From positions 41,835 to 105,834 of the forward strand of contig JAQGDQ010000453.1 of NCBI GenBank assembly GCA_030141605.1: a stretch of 64,000 bases of DNA. The letters run 5' to 3'. Shown piece after piece: positions 52,201 to 64,000 of this stretch; within the stretch, counting starts at the first letter, position 1; every line of letters begins with the position of its first letter. The DNA comes from Tubiluchus corallicola. Its lineage: Eukaryota > Animalia > Priapulida. Made by a program: the position numbers and the translations under genes. The notes below the pieces were generated by a model, which saw nothing but the letters and a program-made list of their open reading frames with translations, made no database searches and was not told the origin of the DNA.

Positions 52201-55200
52201 ACGTGACAACTGACAACACATACCGTGTGAGTGACAGTACTCTTTCTACCTAAAGTACAGCGTGTTATCTCAGACATAAGCACATGGCCGCACTTGCACA
52301 GCAGCCAAACACCATGTTGCTTGAGCTGTGAGCGCACTGTGCTGGACTGTGAAGCAAACAGTACTACCCTCACAAGCTCTGATTCCGCAAAAAGAAAGAA
52401 CTAAACAGCAGAGACTTATTATATTGAATGTTATCGATAGTATTGAGTGAAAACAAGGGGTGTTGCAGTACCACAGTCGTCATTGAAGATGTGTGTGTTT
52501 GCTGTTGTAACGTTAAACTGGGTAATTTAGCAATAAGTTTCTGATCTAATAGACACACGAAAGCAATAATAAATTCTGAAAAAAAATTTTGAGCTCTGGG
52601 AACTCAGGCCTTGAAATCTAAATTTTCATTCATTAACATAGTGTCAGCTTTGCTACATTAGTTATACTTTACACAGGATATGTGCTGCAATCAATGACTG
52701 CCATATTCAAACTCAATTTTTGTAGTTTTTTATACGTCATTTCTATTAAAATAATAAAAGGGCCTGCAATCAGTATAATTACGTTCGATTGATAAATTAA
52801 TACATTTTATATTAAGCTGAAACATTTTGTTAACTGTGCTCAATCCGTCTAATAAACTAGCTTATAATCTGTAATAATTTGCCTATTGTGCATAATTAAT
52901 TCTGCAGTTCTAAACTTTGCTAAACTCAAAATCAAACTGTAAATAAATCTAGCTTGGTAATTTATATGAGATTCTATCAAACTGATAAGATTGACATTAA
53001 TTATACTAAAATGTTCAAAGTGATCAGTTCGTAATGATTCAAAATAATACAAAAATGATGTATTTGCTTACATCGTATGTTTCCATAAAGCAAATCTAGT
53101 ATTTAGCCATATATCTGTCAAGCTGTACAACTATCATACTATGAAAAACTCCTTTATTACTACTGAAGTAAAGAAGCCTGTTAACGTTTACCAACTAACT
53201 CATTTGCCCAGGTAAAAACAGATGTGCCGATACCTGTGAGTGATCGTGGTCACGTGGCCAAGAAGATAATTGGCGAAATTTTCTACTGGATGCATATTAG
53301 TTATTGTATTTTAACACTTTAAATAAAGCTTGTTGTCACCAAGCATAAACTAAATAAATTACAGTATATGTATTTGCTTCTCTGAGCCAATCTATGATGC
53401 AAATTTCTGTTTATCCGAGTATATATTAACAATGTTACTTTTACATTAACAATGTAGTGGAGTCTAAGTTTAAAACCGCACGTTAGAGGCTGACTAAATT
53501 ATGAATATACCTATATTCTCAATTTGTTTATGTCTTGAATGTTTAAAACGATTTTTCCACCAAGAAAACGTAATTTTTTCCATAATCAGCGAGGGGCTGT
53601 TGTATGTACGTAATTCATAGGCTGGTCGTTGGGCAAAGATGCCCAGAGAACGTCGTCTTTGCCCATGTGACCATTAGAGTATTCACAACGAGGAACATGT
53701 TTTACGTAGATGTAGTATTAGTGTTGATTTAAGAGATGACTCTAACTTGAACCTTGATACTATATGTGACTTGTTCAAATGTCACTTATATCTTGTCTCC
53801 AGTGTATGTATGTAATTGATTGTATATTTTATTTTGTTTCATTGATAATTTTATGAGGTCAATAAAATTTAATAAATAAATAATAATATAGTTGAAAAAT
53901 TAGAATACGCCATGCTACTAATTTGTCAAATTTTAATATTGCTACTGCCTAGAAGAAAGTCAAAAGAAAAAAAATGAATCCAGCACCAATTGATCAGTCT
54001 TGTATGTTCATTTTCATGATTTTCCCAAATTGTTTGTTTAATCAGAACTTTTGCATTTATTTCCATAGTTACCTTTACCCGGATGGTAGAAACATCAATC
54101 CTGACCTCTCGTCGGCAATACAAGAACATCCGGAAGATCACATACGGGTTTCACAGGAACAGTACGATCTGTACCTGGAGATGGGTTCCACGTTCCAGTT
54201 GTGCAAGATCTGCACAGAGAACGATAAAGACATTCGCATCGAGCCGTGTGGTCATCTATTGTGCACACCTTGTTTAACAGCATGGCAGGTAATAACTAGA
54301 GGCTGAAGCTGAATCAGTTGCTACTACATCAGTTGAGTCACATAGTAAATCAGCTAGCTTGGCTGAAGTTGAATCAGTTGCTACTACATCAGCTGACTCA
54401 CACAGTAAATCAGCTGGCTCGGCTTTGGTTGAATCAGTTGCTACTACATAAGCTGACTCACACAGTAAATCAGCTAGCTCGACTTTGGTTGAATCAGTTG
54501 CTACTACATCAGCTGACTCACACAGTAAATCAGCTAGCTCGGCTTTGGTTGAATCAGTTGCTACTACATAAGCTGACTCACACAGTAAATCAGCTAGCTC
54601 GACTTTGGTTGAATCAGTTGCTACTACATCAGCTGACTCACACAGTAAATCAGCTAGCTCGGCTTTGGTTGAATCAGTTGCTACTACATAAGCTGGCTCA
54701 CACAGTAAATCAGCTAGCTCGACTTTGGTTGAATCAGTTGCTACTACATCAGCTGACTCACACAGTAAATCAGCTAGCTCGACTTTGGTTGAATCAGTTT
54801 TGATTTAGTTCCTTTTAGTCAGTGTGTAACTCTTATATTTTGCTCTTCATTAATTGATTTACTGTTCAACCGTCTATTATATTGATTTATAGACGGTTGA
54901 AATCGCGGTTAACTCGATTAATGTGTTAATCGTCCATCACTAGTACAGAATTAATATTTCTAGAAATATCTTTTTTTAATATTTGTTGTCCACAAACAAA
55001 TTATCTGAATATGTTTATTTCAGGATTCAGAAGGGCAGGGTTGCCCATTTTGTCGAGCGGAAATCAAAGGCACGGAGCAAATTGTAGTCGACCCATTCGA
55101 ACCCAAAGCAAAGGCCCGGGCAAGCGTGGCAAACTTGAATGTCCCATGTGGTTCGCCAGTTGATAAGGAGGGAGTGTCCAGTATAGCTTACCCCAACTTG

Positions 55201-58200
55201 ATTGACCTAGACGATGAAGATTCGTCTCTAGAGGTATGGCTTCCTGTTAAACACCAAACTAGAGGATTTTTCTTGGAATGCTTAGTTACTCGTTTCTTTT
55301 ATTATCTATTTATTTTTTATTTTTTACATTACCTGTGCAGCCCCATAAATGAGATTTTTCTTTGCACAATTTACAGTACACTCATATCTCGGTTTGCTGG
55401 ACCCACTTTTACAGATATTGGGATAATCAGTCAAAATCTGAACCGTTAAAAGTCCCACGTACTAAGGACATTGTCTGTATAATATAGAGTTAATTATGCG
55501 GAGTTATTTGAGTCAAATGTCGACAGTTTTTATACATTTTTGCATAACAGCGGCTCGTACTAGACGTTTTTGAGACAATTAGGCTTTTGATTCTACATTA
55601 CCATGAGTCTAATACACACTGCCCATACTGTATTAGCTTAGTATCTATAAATACGGATAATCGGCAAATTCGGACCGACGTCTTCCCGCTTTTGTCCAGG
55701 CAAACCGAGAGAAGAGTGTACTTTACTTCTCTTCTCAAAACATTTCCACACATTTTCCTAAGATGACAGATGAGAGAATGTAACACTTAGTCTGTAGAAT
55801 CTGAATTTTTACAAATGATGTCAAATTGTTATTATTAGTTTGTAATTATTATCAATAGTCATATTATTACATTCTTTTGTTAAAATATTAAATTAAAATC
55901 CCATACAAGAAATTTCAGCAATAAAACAAGTTTATTTCTCTGTATACAGCCTAAACTTTCATCCTTGAACTAGTATGCATAACATTTACCTTCATAGAAT
56001 TGCTGGCTTCCTTTCACTACCTGGGCAGTTGGTTTTTACAGGTAACGTTGAAAACAGGTGACTTGAGAAAGAGAGAGAGAGCAATGTATGGTATCACTAC
56101 TGATTCAGAAAATAAAGTTTATGAGATTTAAAAAGAAACTCACCTGTATTGTACTTTATTAATCAGTGTCTTAGTGTCTTAGTACTCACCTTTAGAGTTT
56201 CTTCATACTTCTTATTTTTTGCATAAAATAATATTTTTATAATCATGTACTCCTGTACCCGTAGAATGTCAGCTGCCTATGAACATTAGTAATTGCTTAT
56301 AGTCAGGCTTAAATCATTATGCAATCTATTTTAAATTTTGTAATACATTTTTAATATATTAATTTGTAGTTAAAACACCACAACTTTGTTAAAAGTTTTA
56401 ATTTACGTAGATAAAAAACATGTCAAACGTTTCGACAGAGCTACTGCTGTCATCGCCACTAATAAATTTTTACAAAAATGCAGCCAGTTTATATAGGCAG
56501 AGCCTGTAGTATAGAACATTATGCACTAATGTATTTAATGGAAGCATAATTTTTTGTAAAAATTTACCGCTGATGATGACAGCAGTAGGTCTGTTGAAAT
56601 GTTTGACATGATTTTTTAACTATGCAAATTAAAAGTTTTAATAAAATTCTGCTGTTTTAACTATAAATGTTTTTAAAATGCCTGTAATTAAGAATATTGA
56701 TTTGTAATTTTTTGTTGTTACAGCTACTCAAACATTTCACCTGATGTTGTTATGTTTGTTGTGATGTGTTTTTATGTTTGTGTTTGCCAGTAAATCTTAA
56801 TTCCTCTCATGTTCGTTATTACGATTGCTTGTTTTTTGTTACTATGGTAACCTGCTTTTGTTTTTCAGGATACAAGTTGGCTTTCAACTCCACCCAGTTC
56901 TCACTCGTTGACACTGAATCCTTCGTCTGACAGTCATTCTGTAAGTTGATGTTTCAAAGAAATTCTAGCATTTTGTAAAAAAAACACGTTGAAAGTTGTT
57001 TCTGGGTATTACCTTGTTGTGCTTTTTCACAGAGTTAGATGCTTTTAAAGCAAAAGAATACACTCACAACAAATAAAGCTTAAAAAATCGTCTTGAAATT
57101 TTTGTTATTTACAGTAAGTCCTCGCTTAACGAAGCTAAGGCGTTCCAGAGAAACGCATCGTTGGGCGAAACATCGCTAAAAGAAACACTGTTTTCCATAA
57201 GAAACAATGTAAAAGCATTCAATTGTGTTCCAGGAGCAAAAATCAATAATGCTTGGCTGGTGTAAAAGCGTTCAGTTGCTTGCATGGGGGCCAAAACCAC
57301 TGAGCATGGCTATGTTAAAAGGTTCAGTTATCTTGCAGGAGAAAAATCACTAACATTCGGTTCACAAATTAAACACATTATATGGTTTATAGCTTACAGT
57401 TCTACAGCGTTTCTTTAATTAAAATATTACTAATATTACTAGTGCTGTGTTTGTGGCAGCTAAAATGCAAATGAGGTAACCTGCTGCCAGTTAATCATGT
57501 AACAGGAGAGAGTTTTATCAGCTGAAACTCTTGGGGTTTATCAAGAAGAATTTTATCTAAACCTGGGACAGTAATGAATCATCGTGGCCTGCCTATAGCT
57601 GTCGCTGATGTTTCGCTGTCCAATTAGTTGTGCTATGGTGATCTAGGTTAAATGGTGGGCCTCTTGATTGAGTACAAGTGCAGTAAATAAGATTTTAGTG
57701 TTTAAAATAAGGCAAAAAAATCTTCGCTAAAATGGTGTCAAATGATTAAGCGTCACTAAAACGAAACGTCACTAAGTGGGGAGTCGTTAAGCGAGGACTT
57801 ACTGTACATGCTGTACATGCTGTCTTATTGCATACAGAACTTACGTTAGCAGTAACACTGTATAAAACATGTAAATATAATTCCTGCGATGACTGTTAAG
57901 CACAGCTATCTTAATGGTAAGTCGTTTGAAACAAGTTTAGATAACATTACTTAAACTTTGAAAAAGTAATCAGAGCATTCGTAGTACACTTTTTGCTAAC
58001 TAAGCTTTATATTGTCAGTAAGATCAGTTTTATGGTAAATCAGTGATGCACTCTGGGATAGAGATACAGCGCCATTTTACCAATTGATCTGAATGTTTTA
58101 ATTTTTTCGTGTTACATTTAAATAATGTAGCTTCGTATGAAAACGTCTTTGGGATACTCTTTAAGATTTCCTTTTCTTCCCCTTTAAACAAAAAAATCAA

Positions 58201-61200
58201 ATTTAACATTCCTTCTTGTGTGACTTAAGTATGTAAGTACTGCACACTTTGCATTAAAGTGCATTTAACCCTTTTTGCTTTTTAACTGGGCCACAATGAC
58301 TTTTGCTTATTTGGCAATAACTTCTTGTAGTGACTACTAAAACAAAATCTTGTAAATGAACAAATATTTGTTTGTTATTGAGTACTAATATTAAATATTA
58401 GTTTTATTTCTACACATGCACACACATATGAGCACACGTACACACATTTACGTACACAGACACGTGCACACCCTCATAAATAAGCATGTATACTTATATT
58501 TAGAAACCTGTTTTCACAAAAGACACAATACTAATCCTTAATATGCATTCATTTTGTAAGAATACAGAACAATCAACTAAACATAAATTTCATAAACGAT
58601 CTTGCATGGAAACATACCGACAGTATTGAGGAATGCACTTGGCTTCAGATGCTGATTGGCTGGTTAGCATTACTTGTTGTGAAGCAACCCCAATCCCACG
58701 GCTGTTAAACTTTTTACAATGTTTTGCATGGCCATAGCAGTGAAATAAACAGACCTGGGTTTAAGTCTCTTGCATGAAAAACGTAGGCGGCAGTGTGACA
58801 TAGTCAATTGGTTAAATGCTGATAAATTGTTACTATCTGCTATTATATTTTTACAGAGTAGTCCGTTTATCACACCCCGCAGTAGTCCGAGCATCAGTCG
58901 TCGAAATCAAGACCAGATTCCACCACCTGTTCCACCGCGGAGGCTCTCGCCAACAACATCGCCGTCATCGTCTCCTCACATTGCTCGCAGACAAGCACCA
59001 GCACCACCAACCGATGATGCGCCTTTACTAACCAGTGGTGAGTCTGCATCAGTTCTGAAGGGTAGAAATTAGAGGGATTTTTCCTAGAGTTGCCTGTTAC
59101 AGTAGTTCTAAAACAGGAACATTTTTGCTGTTTATTATTTTTATTGTTGTTGTTGTTATGTTTCCAGTTATACAAGATTTCTGCAACTAAAATTTTTTTA
59201 GCACTAAAACAGAGACCTTATAGTTGTTTTGCTTGAGTAATAGTATTGCCAATAAATAATGCCTGGAAAGGTTAGTGAGACTCAGATTTATAAGTTTTTC
59301 CAAACCCAAGTAGTTTAAACAGACATGCTGTTGGATCAAATCTATCCCGGGAACATTAACAGGCCACAAAAAAAATTTGTTTCTGTCTTACCTTACAAGC
59401 ATAAGGAATGCCATTAGGGAAAGAGAAAAGATTGAAGTTTGCAAATGTTTAAAGCTGAATAGAGGAATATTTAAGTTCACCTGAAAAGATAGTTTGTTTT
59501 TTTCCCGCATGTTAGCAGTAATGTTGTAAAATTTTCCTTTGTGCACATTTTTCACGCTGTTTTTTAATTTTTGCTTCACACGAGTTACTATTTATCATAA
59601 AATTCTGTATTATCATGTGTGTGCTTGCATAGCAAAATCGTCCATATGTTGGCAATTAAGCTTTTCTAGTTATTCACATATCCTGAATCTCCATTTCATG
59701 AGGATCATTTTGATACCAAGTTCATCGCTCTATGTTATTTCTAAACTGAGATAATCCACGTTGAAGTTGAGGTGCAGGCTACGCACTGAGAAACATAATC
59801 TTGAGAGAATCGCTGTTAAAGTCAGCCATTGTTTTTTGTCGCATTTCTACAAAACACTTAGCAACTGCATGAGTGGTTGGTTACTATGGACTTTACAAGA
59901 GCACATTAAAGTTATAATTAACTCCAGTAGGTGGCTCTTCCTGACGAACACCTGCGCTCTGCAGCAGAAAGAACCCGAAGCAAAATGCTGCCATTAGGGG
60001 CTGTCACAGTTTGAAAACATAAGTTTTTTTACAATTGCAGTACTATATATATATTATAAAATTAGGTTTTTACTATTTTTTGAACATTTTCTTGATAATT
60101 TGATGCTAGAATATAAAAATCCAATATATTTACCATTTGTTTTTATAAAAAACAAAAAATTGACATTTGACCAAATTTTTGGTGCATTCTTCTTTGAAGC
60201 ATCATAACGTAGTTTTAACTATGCCGACTTATGAATGGTTTTGGTTTGCAAGCACACATATAGTCTCGTTTTTGCAAAATATGAAATCTTAAATTATGGT
60301 ATGTTCCAATAATTTTGGTGTAGACGGCAACACGGCTCTGTGTGAATGCCAGTCTCATGAGAAATGCCAAGAGCTGACTGTAGAAAAGCATAGCTACACT
60401 CTTGCCAAAACAACGATGTCATAATAGTCATTGCATTTTACATATTAAATTAAAAAATACTCTTTTATATGCCTGTGCCAGGTAAGTATATGAATGCAGA
60501 AAAGAATTTACCCACACGATTAGATGGAAACAAATATTTTTATTGTCTGGCTAAGTTTTGGACTTTATGGTCCGTCGGGTAACCGGGTAGTTACTCACAT
60601 TGTTTGTGATTACTTGCTTTCATTGCTGTTACATGTATTGGAAAATACTTTATTGTAATCTTGCTAGCGATGAATGGTTTGTTTAATTAATTGGCAAGTA
60701 GCAGTACACTGTTTATTAAGTTAAATTCATATCTATTTATTGGGATACCTTATAAAGCAATTTCTACAGGAAATTGCTAAACAGGGATGATCTCCAACAA
60801 TTAAGATCCGTCAAACTTGACAATTAATCCGTTTGACAGTTTTGTTGTGAGCACTCACAGTTGCTGGAGTTGTTGACGCACGCGTAGGTCAAAGGTTAAG
60901 TGTACCACAGCAGCGAGTCTTAACTACAACCGCCACATTACGTGTGGGTAAAACAAAGCACTGCAGTCTGTTCATTAACATCAGTTGTTTTACCTTGGCT
61001 ACGTAATTATGCATTAGTCTGTGCATAGACTGATTTACTAGTAGGATCTCGGTTAGAAACAAGAAAAAATGAACTCGGTAAGATTCTAGCTAGCTGTTAA
61101 AACTGTTACAGTATTACAGTAGCTTGGGCTGCATGGCATTTTCAAGTGTACACGAATGCGTTGTCTGGTACACTTAACCTTTGACCTTTTCACGATCATC

Positions 61201-63627
61201 ATCAATCGCTGGAACTGTGAAAAGGCTTATTGCAGTTCGTTTTCAAAACTGGGAAAATATTAACTTTGTTTTATCACCCAAGAATTGTTTCTCCTCTCTT
61301 TATATTGATTATTTCTTAATTTTCAGACAACGTGTCACACGGGAATACATTAGCAATCAGTTCTACCTCCATCGGAGTGTCGTATTCCGAAGTTCGGCAG
61401 CCGGTACCTTTTCCTTTACCGCACAGTCGTTCTTGCGACGAGAGGCACAGTGACCACGCCCCGCTTGTGCACAGTCGTTCCGTCTCTCCCCCTCCTCCTC
61501 TTTTACCTCACCACCGTAACGTCGACACCTCAGCTCCGCCAGTTATTTGTAACAGGCAAGAACACGTTACAGCAGATTTTCACGTGAGCTATCCCACACC
61601 CGTAGCTCGCATCGCCGTAAATCACAACCCCCCGCCCCCGATTCCTGTGCCTCGTGCTAGTCGTGCAACTGATTTGTCACACGTGCCCCCCACAGTGCCG
61701 AACCATTCGTCTAGGTCAAGGTCACCTACAAACCAGCAGCTGAATTATGCAGAACTTCAGTCGAATTCTGTAGAGGAATCAGTTTCTCAGACAAACTGTA
61801 AGTGTTTTCATTTATAATGTTCACTCCGGCATCATTCATACAGTAGTGCCATGATGTCTAACGTGAAAGTGTAAAGTTAAAATGAACAATTGTGTTTGCA
61901 TAGCAAAAACGTCCATAAGTCAGCAATTAAGTTTTTCTAGTTATTCACATATCCTGAATCTCCATTTCATGAAGATCATTTTGATACCAAGTTCATCACT
62001 CTGTGTAAATACTAAGCTGAGATAATTTATTTTTCACAAATTTTCGACTATCTATTAAATAATTTACAGGCATTATGCCACCAAATGACATGCGGGAAAG
62101 TAATATTACCACACACAATTTCACGTTTGCGCCACTAGTTCTTCTCTGTTACATGCATTTCACCATTCGCTAATTAGACTGGCACTAGCGCCTACATTTC
62201 AGAAAGCGTTGCACAAAAACAGGTGCTGTACCTCTCAGTTTAGATGTGTAAGTTTGGGCGTTACCACAGTGGTAAATTTGAAATTTGAATTTTTATCTTA
62301 GAAGTTGCCTAGTTTTAGTACAACACACTGAATATCTTACAGTAGCACTGTAACTCAATTTTCGTTTTTCGCAAACACACGTAACACGCTCGTAGAATAT
62401 TTTCATTGTTGAAAATTATGTTAGTTTGTGATGTGATCAATAGTTGGGCTCGCCCGCCGTTAATTAAGTTCTTAATCTATTATTTAATTATCAGAAACGC
62501 TTTTGCAGTATTAATTTTGAGTTAAAATGTATACTTTTCGTCGGACTTGAAAATGGGGTGATATATGAAAAATCATCCTGTCTTCCTTTAATAAAATAAT
62601 CAAAAACTACCCCAAAAATAGTTAGTAGTTCCAGTAATTCCTTGTGATTTTTTTCTCTTTTGTCTATTTTTCTTCACCTGATGAGGAATGAAAACTACAG
62701 TGGTAGTTTGAAATGTCCCTTCTTTTTTCTTCCTTGTATTTTAATGGTCAGACTTTTTTCATTCATTGTCACTATTTCTGTTAATTAAATTGTGTTTTTT
62801 AACTCCTTCAGGACCATGAGAGTTTACTGCATTTTGCATAGGTTCATGAAAAACTGCTCTAACTAAGCAGTGATTATGTTATATTTGATAATTCTTGTAG
62901 GTTTCTACTCCTCACACAATGGATTTTCATGAAGAATTATATGAATTTGCTTACCTTAGATAAATTAAAAATCAATTTTTTATAAATAAATTGAAAAAAA
63001 AATTGGTAACTGTAGTGTTTGCTCTGTAACAATGTACAGTATTACTTGTGTGAAATCAGCTAATGCAGAAAAATTCAACTATCCAGATACAACACTCTAA
63101 TACACTCTGGCTTCAAATCTATTCTATTTTTTAAGGAGAAATTCCTGTTAAAAGATGAAATGACCTTCATTTGTCCTGGTTAATCGGTTGGTTTTTCCTG
63201 GAGTAGCAACAGAACACTGCACAGCTTGGGCTATAGCATTCGGGCGATCATTAAATTAGTGTGTACGATCACACAACTGTACGTCAGACATAGCTACTCA
63301 ATAGACTAAGTTGGAGTGCCTGAAAAGGGCGTATTTTTTTAATTTTATCAACTTGTTATAGCTAGAAATCAGTGTTTTGGTTGTGTGTTACAAAAACCCA
63401 TGTTTTTTTGTGCATGTACAGCACTTATTGACAAAAATATATTGATTTTTTATTGACAAAAATATATTGATTTTTTTCGTAGTTCTTGCTAAGACATCGA
63501 GTTTGCCTAGTCGGTTACCACCCCCCGTGCCTCCAGCCAGCACAAAACCTCACAAGGAGCATTTACGAGAAAACGCCAGACCTTCTAGCACGCCACCTCC
63601 TGCGCCACATGCAAGAATACCGAAAAC
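46291..63627 (+). CDS. CBL: E3 ubiquitin-protein ligase Cbl (TKB + linker + C3HC4 RING + proline-rich region), 3'-partial
   Basis: Phase-compatible exons: 46291-46814, 47307-47453, 48621-48752, 50089-50226, 54069-54288, 55024-55233, 56869-56940, 58857-59037, 61327-61797, 63483-63627 (2240 nt, no stop). Motifs [80 protein letters not shown]. The last four exons rest on splice signals, phase and Pro/Ser content only. Confidence 0.95.
46929..47070 (+). pseudogene. Decayed partial copy of Cbl exon 1 inside intron 1
   Basis: TTTTGGGAGTATTCGGCAATCCTATGATTATAA...GGACATAGTAATTAAGGGACAAGGTAGTAAAAT matches exon 1 ~46311-46430 with indels. Confidence 0.85.
47636..48026. mobile_element. Tigger/pogo-like MITE (391 bp)
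   Basis: TA-CAGTCAACCTTGGATATAAGG ... CCTTATACCCGAGGTTGATTG (3 mismatches in 21); right TSD reads CA. Confidence 0.8.
51003..51528 (+). mobile_element. MITE family A copy with internal deletion
   Basis: AGGAAGACAGGATGATTTTT...GGGTCCAGTTTTCGT-TTAA; lacks the segment around 42570-42660 of the full copy. Confidence 0.85.
53620..53888 (+). mobile_element. 5'-truncated non-LTR retrotransposon (LINE) 3' end
   Basis: Translates [29 protein letters not shown], the C-terminal CCHC knuckle of LINE ORF2, followed by a short UTR and an AATAAA/AAT tail. Confidence 0.75.
54301..54799. repeat. 60-bp minisatellite (~8.3 copies) at the start of Cbl intron 5
   Basis: Unit GGCTTTGGTTGAATCAGTTGCTACTACATCAGCTGACTCACACAGTAAATCAGCTAGCTC; alternating variants give a 120-bp dimer. 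Confidence 0.97.
56362..56668. mobile_element. Fold-back palindrome (~125-bp arms) with Penelope-type hammerhead core
   Basis: ATTTGTAGTTAAAACA...CATGTCAAACGTTTCGACAGAGCTACTGCTGTCATC inverted to GATGACAGCAGTAGGTCTGTTGAAATGTTTGACATG...TGTTTTAACTATAAAT; CTGATGA at 56570-56576, GAAA at 56596-56599. Confidence 0.72.
57049..58183 (+). mobile_element. Family B TTAA-flanked element, split by a nested MITE
   Basis: TTAA at 57045-57048 and 58184-58187; homologous to 9260-9710 on both sides of the 57112-57804 insertion. Confidence 0.72.
57112..57804. mobile_element. Tigger/pogo-like MITE (693 bp)
   Basis: TA TSD (57110-57111, 57805-57806); perfect 21-bp TIR CAGTAAGTCCTCGCTTAACGA. Confidence 0.93.
58410..58720 (-). 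repeat. Dispersed repeat family D, second copy
   Basis: Inverted match to 38480-38870, including the (CA)-rich end. Confidence 0.85.
59615..59755 (+). repeat. ~135-bp dispersed direct repeat (second copy ~61890-62025)
   Basis: Shared TTTTCTAGTTATTCACATATCCTGAATCTCCATTTCATGA.GATCATTTTGATACCAAGTTCATC. Confidence 0.88.
60855..61222. repeat. Inverted repeat, probable old MITE
   Basis: Perfect 22-bp AGGTCAAAGGTTAAGTGTACCA (60886-60907) / TGGTACACTTAACCTTTGACCT (61166-61187), extending imperfectly outward. Confidence 0.75.
62098..62587 (-). mobile_element. MITE family A copy, one end truncated
   Basis: Ends AAAATCATCCTGTCTTCCT-TTAA; body matches 34330-34835. Confidence 0.85.
62803..63350 (+). 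mobile_element. MITE family C, second (3'-truncated) copy
   Basis: TTAA-CTCCTTCAGGACC start; colinear with 27831-28380. Confidence 0.85.
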
Positions 63628-63673
63628 GTGAGTATATTACAACATTTACGTTGTTTCACTACATCTATGATCT

Positions 63674-64000
63674 GGTGAGCAATGTGACGCTAGACTGTGC
63701 CAGTATGATGAGCAATGTGACGCTAGGCTATGCCAGTATGGTGAGCAATGTGACGCTAGGCTGTGCCAGTATGGTGAGCAATGTGGCGCTAGGCTGTGCC
63801 AGTATGGTGAGTAATGTGGCGCTAGGGTGTGCCAGTATGGTGAGCAATGTGGCGCTAGGGTGTGCCAGTATGGTGAGCAATGCAACGCTAGGCTGTGCCA
63901 GTATGGTGAGCATTGTGACGCTAGGCTGTGCCAGTATAGTGAGCAATGTGATGCTAGGCTGTGCCAGTATGGTGAGCAGTGTGACGCTAGGCTGTGCCAG
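63674..64000. repeat. 33-bp minisatellite at the start of Cbl intron 10, truncated by window end
   Basis: Unit GGTGAGCAATGTGACGCTAGGCTGTGCCAGTAT. Confidence 0.97.

Noticed and set aside
54318-54803. 161-aa repeat protein ORF
   Set aside because: 60-bp unit is a multiple of 3, start is TTG, no acceptor; intronic minisatellite.

Overview
AT-rich, repeat-dense eukaryotic (metazoan, invertebrate-like) genomic DNA; nothing prokaryotic and no CRISPR. Three spliced + strand genes were assembled by hand: (1) a single-domain GH1 beta-glucosidase of the lactase-phlorizin hydrolase type (10 exons, 11266-20504, one GC-AG intron, signal peptide, C-terminal anchor); (2) an ecto-5'-nucleotidase of the NT5E/CD73 type (11 exons, 28623-44697); (3) a Cbl E3 ligase (10 exons from 46291, running off the window end). 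A possible first coding exon of a minus-strand gene lies at 2569-2532. The rest is minisatellites, microsatellites, non-autonomous DNA transposons (piggyBac-, Kolobok-, hAT-, Tigger/pogo-like), a Polinton polymerase relic and a LINE tail. Most unusual signals: (a) intronic minisatellites repeatedly start just downstream of 5' splice donors, and two are visibly copies of the exon end plus donor; (b) two fold-back palindromes carry Penelope-type minimal hammerhead ribozyme cores; (c) satellite variation concentrated at CpG sites. All coordinates were counted by eye; all family assignments come from motif recall, not database searches.
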